DNA from: an uncultured Nitrospiraceae bacterium
Lineage (GTDB): Bacteria > Nitrospirota > Nitrospiria > Nitrospirales > Nitrospiraceae
Assembly: GCA_963730935.1 (NCBI GenBank)
Contig: CAVSTP010000001.1
Span: forward strand, 96,001-160,000
DNA: 64,000 bases
Direction of reading: 5' to 3'
Below are positions 38,742-48,447 of the stretch, in pieces. The stretch's first letter is position 1, and the number at the start of each line of letters is the position of its first letter. The notes beneath the pieces were generated by a model. That model made no database searches, was not told the origin of the DNA, and saw only the letters and a list, made by a program, of their open reading frames with translations. Both the position numbers and the translations under genes were made by a program.

Positions 38742-40478
38742 CTACTTGTGTGAGGGTGCAGGGTTCGCTTTGTGTTTGTCCGTGTGGTGTGATAGCCCAG
38801 TTGCAATTCCCACCAGAGCAAACACCCTTTCGGACGGACTGGATAAGTTGCGAGCCCAGCGTAGCGTGTGTTCTTTGCGCCCGGTCTGAATATGCAGCGT
38901 ACTGAGATCCTTGATCAAGTGAAGCCGATGTGCGGGTTGATTTATTTCATCAGCAACGGCCATTGCGCCGCTGAGGTCGCCTTTCCGGGCAAACGCTCTA
39001 GCGATGGCCTCCAGCCCACGTTCAATGTCGCCATCGACCTTCAATAAGTCTTGAAAGCGTGTTTGGTCGGCCGGACTATGGCCGAACCGGAGCTTGTCAT
39101 CGAGTCGTCGGAGTTCTTTCCTTCTCGCGCTGCGTTGGGTTTCCGTTTCAGCCAGAGCGAGGGCTGCCTTGGCCTCTTTGAGATTCCCCAATTCGGCATA
39201 GCTCATCGCAATCCCGCTGTAAAGCCATGAGCGTCTACTATCGGCATCTTGAAATCTGGCAGCAGTGTCTTTTGCCTCCGTGCCCTTGCCAGCCTTCACC
39301 ATTTCAACAAGGATTTCCGAAATCGCCTTATCGTAGTCGGAGGCCTTCTGAACCGTGGGGGGCGTTTGCTTCAACAAGGTTGCGGTATTGAATGCTCCTG
39401 CGAACTCGCCCCGTTTCGCCTGAGCGTTGGCAATATCGTACAAGGCAGATCTGCGGTGTCCCTCCTGTTCAATGGATTTGGCGATGGAGATCGCGTGATC
39501 GGCATCACCTGCCATTGCCGTTTCGACGGCGATGCGCCAGAGAATCTCGGCTCGCGTCCAATCGTTGACGGTCAAGCGTGCTGAGGATTCGGCTTCCTGT
39601 AAGAGCGTCAAGGCCAGCAGCTGGCCTCCATGTTCGCGATGATAGGTCGCCAACTCCAGTAAGGCGCTCGCCTTGGCGTGCCCTGGTTTGATCGCCGAGG
39701 CTGTCACCTGAGCATCGATGAGGCGACCTTGTCCCATCTGCGCCTGCATGACGCCCCATAAGGCGTAACGTTGAGCTCCATCATCGAGGCCGGCAATGAT
39801 GCCCTGGGCCGCTTGGGCCTTGCCATGTCGTACGTGATCCCCGACGATAGTCATCAAGGGGTACGGATTGTCTCCGGCGATGCTCAGGGCGGTTTTTACA
39901 GCTCCTGGTACATCGCCGTGCCTCGCTTGCGCTTCAGCCAACTTCGCGGTGACGATGCCCACGATGGCAAAGGACTCCTGCTTTGTGCGCTCCTTGAGGC
40001 GTTCAAGAGTGCGGAAGGCTTCTTCGAGATTGCCTTTGTTCGCATAGGCAATGGAGACTTGTCCCAATGCGTTGGCCGCAGCAAGTTTGCCAGGCGGTGA
40101 AGACTGGTCTTCGACGACGATTTCGGCATATGTCCGTTCCGTTTCAGCGACGTTTCCAGTTGCGGCATAGGCTTGGGCGAGCGCGGTGAAGTAGTTGAGC
40201 TTGTTCGGGAGTTTGGGAAAGTGCTTCAGCGTTTCTCGGGCTTCTGGTGGGTCAATGGCGATCTGTGCGACGACAATGGGATCGAGCGCCGACGAGCGCT
40301 CAGCGCGATCGTCGATGGATGCGGCGGCGCCTCTGGCTTCGAAAAGAAGTGCTGTCGGCGATTCGGACTTGAGCGTATGGGCCGCGCGCGAAGATCCATC
40401 GGGAGCAAGAAGACCGAAGCACACAATAACGAACGAGCACAACGGGGCATGACGGGTTGGCCGTGACAGGCCTGTCAC
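38742..40478 (-). CDS. Secreted TPR-like helical repeat protein
   Basis: About 9 repeats of [IL]A.A.A..G....A...A; GTG start overlaps the upstream stop (GTGA). Confidence 0.78.
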   Translation of the reverse strand: MTGLSRPTRHAPLCSFVIVCFGLLAPDGSSRAAHTLKSESPTALLFEARGAAASIDDRAERSSALDPIVVAQIAIDPPEARETLKHFPKLPNKLNYFTALAQAYAATGNVAETERTYAEIVVEDQSSPPGKLAAANALGQVSIAYANKGNLEEAFRTLERLKERTKQESFAIVGIVTAKLAEAQARHGDVPGAVKTALSIAGDNPYPLMTIVGDHVRHGKAQAAQGIIAGLDDGAQRYALWGVMQAQMGQGRLIDAQVTASAIKPGHAKASALLELATYHREHGGQLLALTLLQEAESSARLTVNDWTRAEILWRIAVETAMAGDADHAISIAKSIEQEGHRRSALYDIANAQAKRGEFAGAFNTATLLKQTPPTVQKASDYDKAISEILVEMVKAGKGTEAKDTAARFQDADSRRSWLYSGIAMSYAELGNLKEAKAALALAETETQRSARRKELRRLDDKLRFGHSPADQTRFQDLLKVDGDIERGLEAIARAFARKGDLSGAMAVADEINQPAHRLHLIKDLSTLHIQTGRKEHTLRWARNLSSPSERVFALVGIATGLSHHTDKHKANPAPSHK

Positions 40479-40879
40479 CGCTTGGCTTCCGGCGGCGGCC
40501 AATTCATTTCGGTGTGGCGGCCGCAGTAATAGCACAACAACCGGTAGCGCGCCTTGCGACGCGGGTTCGGCATGGAAATAAACGTGATCGGCGTATCGTC
40601 AAACGGGCAGGTCGGCTGGTCATGAAGCAGATGCACCTCGGCCATCATCGTAATTGACGCGATATCCCAGGACGGCGAGGTCTGTTCGCTCCCGGCGATG
40701 TGTTCCTTGTTGTGGCAACGCTCGCACTCGGCCTCGTACGTTTTGATACGCCCATGGTGCGGCGTCATGTCGGTCACGGTCATGGGACCGCCACAGCCGT
40801 CCTTGGTGCAGGTGAGGTGCTCGTGTTGCAACGCCTGCACGAATCGGCGATGCGTCTGCCGTTCCAGCTCCGATTTCAT
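40475..40879 (-). CDS. Small Cys-rich hypothetical protein (putative double zinc ribbon)
   Basis: CTKDGC, CERC, CPFD, CYYC; AGGAG RBS. Confidence 0.75.
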   Translation of the reverse strand: MKSELERQTHRRFVQALQHEHLTCTKDGCGGPMTVTDMTPHHGRIKTYEAECERCHNKEHIAGSEQTSPSWDIASITMMAEVHLLHDQPTCPFDDTPITFISMPNPRRKARYRLLCYYCGRHTEMNWPPPEAKR

Positions 40880-40940
40880 AGTACTTGTCTCCTGTGTTAT
40901 CTGGGTTTGCCTTATCCCCACCACTCTCCTCAGGATCGGT

Positions 40941-41300
40941 AGCCAATGTTGCTTCTACTGCGCACGTATTAATGACCCTTCCAAGCTCGCTTGTTTTCCC
41001 TACCATATGGATGTGGATGGTCGCGTCGCTGCGATGTGCGACGGATGCATGAGCCTGTCGTTGTGGCATCATTCTCACCCGCCCAACCCCGGCCGCGCCA
41101 AGACGCGCCCTTTTCCCAGGCGGCGATGGCGAAGATCTACATGCTCCCTCCAAGCTCGCTCGTATCTCTTCGGGGCAGGGCCGGATTGATCTCCTACTGC
41201 GCTCCCTTCTCACCCTCCCATCCCTGCGCACACCAAGACGTGCGCTTTGCCCCTGGACGAGCTCCGCCAAACAGAACTTGTTCGACCCGGAGCCAATGTT
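40941..41300. repeat. Modular intergenic repeat element flanked by a 10-bp direct repeat
   Basis: AGCCAATGTT at 40941-40950 and 41291-41300; internal duplicated modules TCCAAGCTCGCT, CTACTGCGC and TTCTCACCC...CCAAGACG...TTT.CCC. Confidence 0.6.
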
Positions 41301-41459
41301 ATTGATCCTGGCGACGGGATAGAACCCTTCTAGTCGGTGCGCGTTCGGCGAACAAAGGAGATCAACCAGCCCGTACGCCGCTCGTCTTGCGGAGACCAAG
41401 CAACGACAGGGTCATGCGGTTTATCCGTCGCTGGAGCAGGACGCGACCAACAGCATCCA

Positions 41460-42194
41460 CTATACCCCCCATGCGCCGCTGATTTGAATGTTGGCGCCGT
41501 TCACGTAGCGAGCTTCAGGACTCAACAGATAGCGCACGACGGCCACAGTGTCTTCCACCGTTCCGATGTAGCCGGCAGGAATGCGCTTGGTCATGGCGGC
41601 CAGCTCGCCAGGCGGCGCACTGCCTGAATCGATGAATCCCGGGGAGATCGCATTGACCGTAATGCCGTGAGGGGCGAGCAATTTGGCCAGGGTCCGGGTG
41701 AGGATCAAGACGCCGGCTTTGGCGATGTAATGAGCCGTCACATCGGGTTGAGAGATCATCTGATCGGCATTGGCCATGCTGAAGGTGATGATCCGGCCCG
41801 ACCGCCGCGCTTTCATTCCTGGCGCCGCGGCCTGAGCCAGGTAGAAAATCGGGTGCAGATTGCCATCGAACATCTCCTTCCACCCCGCCACCGTTTCATC
41901 AAATAGGTTCACGCGATGATACGGCCCGGCGCCGTTGACCAAGGCGTCGATCTGTCCCCATTCCTGTTCGACACGGGCGACCAACTGCTTGGCTGCGACC
42001 GGATCCGACACGTCACAGCGGATGGCCGATGCCTGGCCGCCCCGTTCGACGATGGCAGCGGCCGTGTCCTTGGCGTCGGCTTCACTGGTCCGGTAGCAGA
42101 AGGCGATCTTCCAGTGCTTCGCAGCGAGATCGAGCGCAATCCCGCGTCCGATGCCTTTTGCCCCTCCGGTGATCAGCGCGACGTTCGTGCTCAT
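41460..42194 (-). CDS. SDR family oxidoreductase
   Basis: ITGGAKGIG, LVNGAG, YIAK, VNAISPG. Confidence 0.9.
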   Translation of the reverse strand: MSTNVALITGGAKGIGRGIALDLAAKHWKIAFCYRTSEADAKDTAAAIVERGGQASAIRCDVSDPVAAKQLVARVEQEWGQIDALVNGAGPYHRVNLFDETVAGWKEMFDGNLHPIFYLAQAAAPGMKARRSGRIITFSMANADQMISQPDVTAHYIAKAGVLILTRTLAKLLAPHGITVNAISPGFIDSGSAPPGELAAMTKRIPAGYIGTVEDTVAVVRYLLSPEARYVNGANIQISGAWGV

Positions 42195-42967
42195 GACTTC
42201 CTCTCTGTGCGTGAACGCAGTCGTTTGGCGAGCAGCTGCAACGCTCCTGCGGTTCTCGTGGAGAACGATTGTTCCTGTTTTGGTTTCCTGGCGTCAAGCT
42301 GGCTTGCGTCGATCAACATGTTCAAATCATCGATCGTGTCGACATCGCGCCATTCAGGCAGGAAGCCGACGCTGAGGCCCAGCATCGCGGCTTTCTCCTT
42401 GGTGAGGGCCACCACACGATCAGTGGACCATGGGATATCGCGAAAAAGCGGCGGCGCAGCCTTCTTGAGCCCGATCAAGTAATAGCCGCCGTCGAGAGCG
42501 GGACCCAGGACGGCGTCGTATCGGTCCAACAGTTGAACAGCCTGGTGGTAGGTCTCGAGAGGCAGCGAGGGCACGTCAGTGCCGGCGATGACGACCCTGC
42601 CATAGCCGCGGGTAAAAAGCGTGTGAAACACTCCATCCATGCGGGCGCCCAAATCGTCGCCTTCCTGATCGAGCAACCGGACGGCCTGGCGTTCCTCCAT
42701 GATCTTGAAAAAAGCCAACGTCGACGACGGCGCGCAGGCCAGATAGCGGTCGACCGGCAGACGGAATTTCGAAACCGCGGCCTTCGTGCGTTCCAACGTA
42801 TCGAGGACAAAGCTCCCATGCACGGTCGCCGCTTCGTCGGGCGTCAGCGGAGGGCACAGACGCGTCTTGACCTGGCCTGGAATCGGCGCCTTGGCAAAGA
42901 CGACGAGCGCCCCTTCCCGCTGCTGGATCGCCGCGTCGGCTGTATCCTTTTTCGGGTGATGATCCAT
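42191..42967 (-). CDS. TIGR04282-type (DUF2064) transferase, rSAM/selenodomain-associated
   Basis: VFAKAP.PG.VKTRL, Q.GDDLGARM, GTDVP, LGPALDGGYYLIGL, IPWST, DVDTIDDL. Confidence 0.88.
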   Translation of the reverse strand: MDHHPKKDTADAAIQQREGALVVFAKAPIPGQVKTRLCPPLTPDEAATVHGSFVLDTLERTKAAVSKFRLPVDRYLACAPSSTLAFFKIMEERQAVRLLDQEGDDLGARMDGVFHTLFTRGYGRVVIAGTDVPSLPLETYHQAVQLLDRYDAVLGPALDGGYYLIGLKKAAPPLFRDIPWSTDRVVALTKEKAAMLGLSVGFLPEWRDVDTIDDLNMLIDASQLDARKPKQEQSFSTRTAGALQLLAKRLRSRTERKS

Positions 42968-43016
42968 TTGCGCTTGCGGATCCCAGATCTCAAATCTCAA
43001 ATTTCAGAACTCGGAT

Positions 43017-43718
43017 TTAACGCACCGCCGCATAAAACTGTGCGAGCCGGTGCGGACTGACGCCGATCCAATACAGGAAGCGCAAGCACCACATCAAGAG
43101 GATCGTGCGCAGGGGGCCCTGTTGCTCCCAGCGGCGGAAGGATGTGGTGACCTGTTCGCGGATCGCTGCAATCTCACCGGCCCGTTTGAGCCGGGTGGTG
43201 AAGTCGATGTCTTCCATGATCGGGATGTCGGAAAAGCCTCCCAGCCGCGAGAAGACCGCGCGACGGACAAAGATCGCTTGGTCGCCGGTCGAGATGCGGC
43301 TGATCCGCGACCGCACGTTCATCAATGTGCTGACCACCTTCCCCCACGTCGACGGACGGTCGAAGCGGGTATCAAAGCGGCCGCCGAGGATGGCGGGATC
43401 GACCAACGCCTGTTCCATCAGGTGTTTTGCCGCCGCAGGCAGATGAGTATCCGCATGGAGGAACAGGAGTACGTCTGCGGTGCATGCGGCTGCCCCAACG
43501 TTCAGTTGCCTGGCACGGCCCGCTTCAGACGATAAGAGCCGAATGCACACCGATTTTCCGGTACGTGCGGCCGCGGATTCGACCAGCACCCTCGTGTCGT
43601 CTGTGCTGCCGCCATCGACGACAATGATGTCGTGAAAGCCGAGCCGGGCGGTGACGACGAGCGTCATGTCGATGACGCCGGCTTCGTTCAGCGTGGGAAT
43701 GATCACCGTGAACGTCAC
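43017..43718 (-). CDS. TIGR04283-type family 2 glycosyltransferase
   Basis: IIPTLNE, VVDGGSTD, GRARQLN.GA, LFLHADT, TGDQAIF, MEDI, TS.RRW. Confidence 0.9.
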   Translation of the reverse strand: MTFTVIIPTLNEAGVIDMTLVVTARLGFHDIIVVDGGSTDDTRVLVESAAARTGKSVCIRLLSSEAGRARQLNVGAAACTADVLLFLHADTHLPAAAKHLMEQALVDPAILGGRFDTRFDRPSTWGKVVSTLMNVRSRISRISTGDQAIFVRRAVFSRLGGFSDIPIMEDIDFTTRLKRAGEIAAIREQVTTSFRRWEQQGPLRTILLMWCLRFLYWIGVSPHRLAQFYAAVR

Positions 43719-43760
43719 GGGGAGGGGCGAAGCGCGCGGCGCTGCTGGCTGGTGAATACC

Positions 43761-44174
43761 TTACCCCGGCTTCTTCGGTTCGTTGAACATGAAGTACATG
43801 ACGATCAACACCGTCGCCCAGAAGACCACCTGCTTATGCCAGAACAAGACTTCGCCATAATGGAAAAATCCCAACGCCAGCCCGATGGCGCCTGTCATGA
43901 CACCATAACGGACCGCAGGCGTCTCGATGGCGGCGTTGGCCCAGACGGCAAGGCCGCCGAAATAGATCAGGAAAGGGACGACATTGATCTCGAAGCCGCC
44001 GCTGATCGAGAGAAACACGTTGAGAAACCCAATGAACATGAGCGCCGTGCCGACCATCAGCCCGATGACGCGCATCTGATGGTCGCTGCTCGAGTCCTGC
44101 CCCTCCGGCTGTGTGGATTTCGCAGGCGAGCGTTGGGAAGGATCCTGAGGTGGAGGAAGATCGGTCGGCGCCAT
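43761..44174 (-). CDS. Hypothetical four-TM membrane protein
   Basis: Four hydrophobic segments; co-oriented within the run. Confidence 0.75.
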   Translation of the reverse strand: MAPTDLPPPQDPSQRSPAKSTQPEGQDSSSDHQMRVIGLMVGTALMFIGFLNVFLSISGGFEINVVPFLIYFGGLAVWANAAIETPAVRYGVMTGAIGLALGFFHYGEVLFWHKQVVFWATVLIVMYFMFNEPKKPG

Positions 44175-44238
44175 CGGTGCTACCAGGGGGTCAGTTGAGT
44201 CTTGTCTGTGGAGAAACCACTACTATGTGAACGATCTC

Positions 44239-45393
44239 TCAAGCCTTGAAATGCTTGCTGAGGGTCAGGGCCTGCTGTTGATAGGAAGAGCCGAGACCGA
44301 CGCCATACAGCCGATCGGGTACGTCGAGCATCCTATCATAGACGACCTTGAAAAAAGTTTGACCGTCGTGGATGAGGAACGGCACGTCATGAGGACGCAC
44401 CTCGAGCACGACCTGGGTGCCTTTGAGCTCGCCATCCGCCCCATAGCCGAAGCCCGGATCGAAGAAGCCGGCGTAATGCGTGCGGAGTTCTCCGCAGGCC
44501 GCCTCGTAGGCCATCATTTCGGCGGCGTAGTCGGGTGGCACGCGGATCCGTTCTTTGGAGGCGAGGATGTAAAATTCTTCCGGCTCGAGCAACAGGCTGT
44601 CCTGGCGATGCCGGTACAAGGGTTCCCAAAAATCGGCCGCGGCGTAATACCCGACCTTCGAGAGGTCGATCACGTGGCTGTTCTTCTTCGCGCGGTAGCC
44701 AATGACCGTATTCCCGGCGCGCTCTTCGCCTTTCAGATCGATGCGAAGGAAGAGTCCACGATCGGTGCGAAACTCCTTGGAGCGCAGCGGCTTGCGATCC
44801 GACAGGTTGTGATACAGGAGGGGCTCCTGGCGATGGAGGCGTTGCAGCGTCGCGTCCGAGGCTTCCGCCTCGCCCCGCACAAACCTGATCTGATTGAGCG
44901 ACTGACCGGTTCTCACCTTGATGGCGAACGAGCGTGGCACAACTTCGAGAAACAACGGTCCTTTGTAGCCGGCCCGGATCTCATCGAACCCTGCGTTCAG
45001 ATCCGTCACGATGCGGGTGAACACGTCCAATCGCCCCGTCGTGCTCTTGGGGTTGGCCCTCGCCCGAAGGGTCGACGGAAGACGCAGCGACTCCAGGAGC
45101 GGCACCAGATAGACGTGACCTTTCTCGAGAATCGCCCCCCCAGTCAAATCCATCTCGTACATCACGAGGTCGGACTGATAAAAGTCCATGACATCGAGGC
45201 GGCTGGAGATCGCCGAAAGCTCCGGTAAAAAACTGCTGATCAATCGATACGCTTTCTTTCCGAGCCGCAGGTCGAGGCTCGCCGGTTGGATCTGTCGGTC
45301 TTCAATCGCAAGGGGTGCCCTAATGATGCCGCTCGTGATGAGCCGTGTGATGTGTTGATAGGGGAGAATGCCTTGCCGGGTTGGTGTCGTCAC
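44239..45393 (-). CDS. dcd: dCTP deaminase, long (two-domain) form
   Basis: QIQPASLDLRLG, ANPKSTTGRLDVFTR, GELRTHYAGFFDPGFG, VLEVR.H.VPF, LSKHF; GTG start overlaps the kamA stop. Confidence 0.88.
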   Translation of the reverse strand: MTTPTRQGILPYQHITRLITSGIIRAPLAIEDRQIQPASLDLRLGKKAYRLISSFLPELSAISSRLDVMDFYQSDLVMYEMDLTGGAILEKGHVYLVPLLESLRLPSTLRARANPKSTTGRLDVFTRIVTDLNAGFDEIRAGYKGPLFLEVVPRSFAIKVRTGQSLNQIRFVRGEAEASDATLQRLHRQEPLLYHNLSDRKPLRSKEFRTDRGLFLRIDLKGEERAGNTVIGYRAKKNSHVIDLSKVGYYAAADFWEPLYRHRQDSLLLEPEEFYILASKERIRVPPDYAAEMMAYEAACGELRTHYAGFFDPGFGYGADGELKGTQVVLEVRPHDVPFLIHDGQTFFKVVYDRMLDVPDRLYGVGLGSSYQQQALTLSKHFKA

Positions 45394-46592
45394 AGGTCGT
45401 CCGCATCTCCGCCGCAGCTGTTGCCCCATGAGGCGTAGCTGTCGCGGTCCGGATAGCTGTCCGCGCACGATGCATCATCGGCGTATGTTCGCGCACCGAC
45501 CATCGGCAGTTCTCGCCGGTCCCGCCCGGTCTCGAAAGAGCCGTTCCCGGGTTTCGGCTGGGGATAATGGAAGGTCTTGTCCTCGTAGTTGCGCAAGACG
45601 GCTCCGTCTTCATCCATGTGCACCACGTAATCTCCTGGAAGCAGGGGAATCTTCCCGCCGCCTCCTGGCGCATCAATGACAAAATGCGGCACCGCCATCC
45701 CGCTCGTATGACCCTGCAGCGCTTTGACGATGTTCAGTCCCGTCTCGATGCTCGTGCGAAAGTGGTTGGTGCCCTTGGTCAGGTCCGCTTGATACAGATA
45801 GTACGGTTTCACGCGCGCCAGCAGGAGTTGGTGGACGAGCCGTTTCATGATGTCGGGATCGTCGTTGACGCCTTTGAGAAGCACCGTTTGTGCGCCCAAC
45901 GGAATGCCGGCATCCGCCAACATGCCGCAGGCCGCCTTCACCTCCGGAGTCAGCTCGTCCGGATGGTTGAAATGCAGGTTCATATAAATCGGGTGGTATT
46001 TCTTGACGATGGCGCACAGCTTCGGAGTGATCCGTTCCGGCAGGGTACCCGGCACCCGTGAGCCCAGCCGGATCAATTCCAGGTGGGGGATGGTTCTCAA
46101 CGCCTTCAAAATCCGCTCGAGGAGATGGTCCGGAAGGAGCAGAGGGTCCCCGCCCGAGAGAATCACATCACGAACCTCGCTATGTTCCCGTAGATAGGCG
46201 ATGGCGCGGTCCAGTTCGCCCTTCTTGAGAAATCCTGGTTTGCCGACCAGACGCTTTCGAGTGCAAAAGCGGCAATAGATCGGACATTGATTGGTGACCA
46301 TAAGCAGGACGCGATCGGGGTACCTGTGAACCAAGTGAGGAACCGGGCTCATCAGATCTTCTTCGAGCGGGTCGTCGTCGGCATCGATATCCGCCAACTC
46401 GGCGGAATCCGGAATTACCTGCTTCCAGATCGCATCCCCCTTTTCCTTGATGGTGCCGAGCACCGTCGGAGTGATCCGCATCGGATAGGGACCGACGATG
46501 GCTTCAATCTCCTGTTCGTCCAGCCCAAAGCGGTCGGCCAGGTCCTTGGGCTTCACGATGCTCTCGGCGAGGATGCGTCTCCACTCCTCCAT
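45390..46592 (-). CDS. KamA family radical SAM enzyme (lysine 2,3-aminomutase-like)
   Basis: HRYPDRVLL, CPIYCRFCTRKR, SGGDPL, HFNHP.E, QTVLLKGVND, PYYLYQAD, DAPGGGGK (PLP lysine). Confidence 0.92.
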   Translation of the reverse strand: MEEWRRILAESIVKPKDLADRFGLDEQEIEAIVGPYPMRITPTVLGTIKEKGDAIWKQVIPDSAELADIDADDDPLEEDLMSPVPHLVHRYPDRVLLMVTNQCPIYCRFCTRKRLVGKPGFLKKGELDRAIAYLREHSEVRDVILSGGDPLLLPDHLLERILKALRTIPHLELIRLGSRVPGTLPERITPKLCAIVKKYHPIYMNLHFNHPDELTPEVKAACGMLADAGIPLGAQTVLLKGVNDDPDIMKRLVHQLLLARVKPYYLYQADLTKGTNHFRTSIETGLNIVKALQGHTSGMAVPHFVIDAPGGGGKIPLLPGDYVVHMDEDGAVLRNYEDKTFHYPQPKPGNGSFETGRDRRELPMVGARTYADDASCADSYPDRDSYASWGNSCGGDADDL

Positions 46593-46636
46593 GGATGCTC
46601 CTTGATTGCGGTCACGGGTACCGCCCGTCCGACCGA

Positions 46637-46891
46637 TTACCCGTTCGCCGGACGACCGGCTTCCGCCTTGCTCTCCAAGTGGGCGAGAATGGCGTCCGTC
46701 TCGCTCAACACGACGTCGCCATCTTGGAGGACAGGGACGTAATACTGCCCCGATACGGCAAACACTTCTTTGCGTTGCGGCCGAAGGTCCGGGACGACGA
46801 CGTCCTTATACGACAGTCGCAGTTCGGCCAGTTTTCGGCGCACGACCTCACATTCCGGGCACCAGTGAACATGATAGAGGGTCATCGACAT
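46637..46891 (-). CDS. Dithiol glutaredoxin / GST-N-like protein
   Basis: WCPEC, SGQ..VPVL.DG....SET..I..HL. Confidence 0.85.
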   Translation of the reverse strand: MSMTLYHVHWCPECEVVRRKLAELRLSYKDVVVPDLRPQRKEVFAVSGQYYVPVLQDGDVVLSETDAILAHLESKAEAGRPANG

Positions 46892-46897
46892 ACAGGG

Positions 46898-48388
46898 TCA
46901 GGAATGAGGAGTGATAGTGTCGATCGGTTCTTCCGCGACCCCACAGGGCACCATGACCGCATCTCTCATGCCATGGATGACCTTCTTGTCTGCAGGACAG
47001 ACGGTGGCCAGAATACCAGCCAGTTCCGCTGTTTCGCCAGTCACAAAATAATAGGGCGACAGTCTTGCTCGTCCCGCCATCGTCCGGATCTCTCCGGTAT
47101 GCGCATCGAAATAGTCGACCTGGTATTGCCGGCCTTTATGAAATTCCTGGAGGACATACGGAGTGCGTGGAAACGCCGCGAGTGCCGCTTCGATGGCGGC
47201 GGTCCATTCGTGTTGCGGGAGATCGTGGCCAACCGAGACCCCGCGGCTGCCCCAAGCCAGTTCGGAAAATCCGGACGGCTTGAGGACAAAATGCCTCTGC
47301 TTTTGTGTCGCGGCGGCAAGATCGCTCCAATTCGTCACCGCCCGGCCGCCGATCGAGAGACCCGGGATCACAGCGGAGGGCGGCACTGGCGCAGGATCCA
47401 ACACCCAGGTCCGCGGCATGATGGTCGTTAAGTGCACAAACAGTTCCTCGCCCAACTCGGTCCGCCAATAGGGGGCCAGCACCGGGTGGTGGAGAAGCGC
47501 GAAAGCGGATTTCTCCTCCAGCGCCGGCTTATAAGGAGGTGTCACCGAGACTAAGCCCTTTTTCGCCGCGTATTGAATCAACTCGCTCTTGGGGATGTTA
47601 GGTAGGTCGAAGAGCTCGTAGAACCGATAGATCAGGCCGATCGGGCGGTCACCCGCTTCAACGAGCCGCAACCCTTCTTCGGTGAATCGAACTTGCCGCG
47701 GCTCGATACAATGGGTTTCGAGCCCCCGGGCGGTCAATTCCTTGGCCATCCAGGTCATCTCCTGGCGGTAGTCCTTCGCCTCTTCAGACACCACGATCGC
47801 AACCAGCCCCTCAGGCTGAGCCGACTGAGACCGCAGCATCGCAGCGAACCCCTCGATCATGCCCTCAGGGCCGCCGACGAGTTGAGGAGGAGGAGGGGTG
47901 AACGGGGACGTGGAAGCAGAAGCGCGGGCATAGAGCTGGGACATGCAGGCGGTTAAGCCGATGCCCCCGGGGACAGAGTCCAGTTCGGTGATGACCATAC
48001 CGTCCTGTGTTGGGATGATGTCCGGCCGGATGACTCTGGGCAGATCGGCACGGAACCGCTTCATCCGGCTGTATGTCACCAAGGCCTCCGGTTTGCCTTG
48101 ATCGAGCCATGACCCGACCCACGACGGCTGCGTGCCTCGCGCGCTCTCCAGATAGAGGTGGTTCAGCGCGCGGTAAAACCGTGCAAGTTGTGTCCCTAAT
48201 TCCTGAAAAAACACCAGTTGGTCAGCCGAAAGCGGTAACGGATTCAGGCCGATGCGCCACGACGTGTGACCGGTTTCCTGGCGAGATTTCTCAACGGAGG
48301 ATCCGTCAAGTTGAGGCGTGAAAAGTCCCGCCTCGATCAGTGCATCACGGATGCTGGAATAGCGGTACAGCAGGTCGGAGGTAGCCAA
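46898..48388 (-). CDS. Putative circularly permuted ATP-grasp ligase (glutathionylspermidine/glutathione synthetase-like fold)
   Basis: IRPD......ITELDSVPGG, IYRFYELFD, VLKPSGFSELAWGSRGV, YVLQEF, RARLSPYYF. Confidence 0.65.
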   Translation of the reverse strand: MATSDLLYRYSSIRDALIEAGLFTPQLDGSSVEKSRQETGHTSWRIGLNPLPLSADQLVFFQELGTQLARFYRALNHLYLESARGTQPSWVGSWLDQGKPEALVTYSRMKRFRADLPRVIRPDIIPTQDGMVITELDSVPGGIGLTACMSQLYARASASTSPFTPPPPQLVGGPEGMIEGFAAMLRSQSAQPEGLVAIVVSEEAKDYRQEMTWMAKELTARGLETHCIEPRQVRFTEEGLRLVEAGDRPIGLIYRFYELFDLPNIPKSELIQYAAKKGLVSVTPPYKPALEEKSAFALLHHPVLAPYWRTELGEELFVHLTTIMPRTWVLDPAPVPPSAVIPGLSIGGRAVTNWSDLAAATQKQRHFVLKPSGFSELAWGSRGVSVGHDLPQHEWTAAIEAALAAFPRTPYVLQEFHKGRQYQVDYFDAHTGEIRTMAGRARLSPYYFVTGETAELAGILATVCPADKKVIHGMRDAVMVPCGVAEEPIDTITPHS

Positions 48389-48447
48389 ATCAGACAGGGG
48401 ATGCGTTCATACCAGGTACGTCAGATGAAAGAATCGTAACACGCCCC

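Noticed and set aside
40941..41400. CRISPR array or tRNA in the repeat-rich intergenic regions
   Set aside because: No regular repeat-spacer period, no cas genes, no cloverleaf recognised
45390..46592. Naming KamA as epmB or ablA
   Set aside because: No efp/epmA or ablB nearby; the subfamily cannot be resolved without a tree
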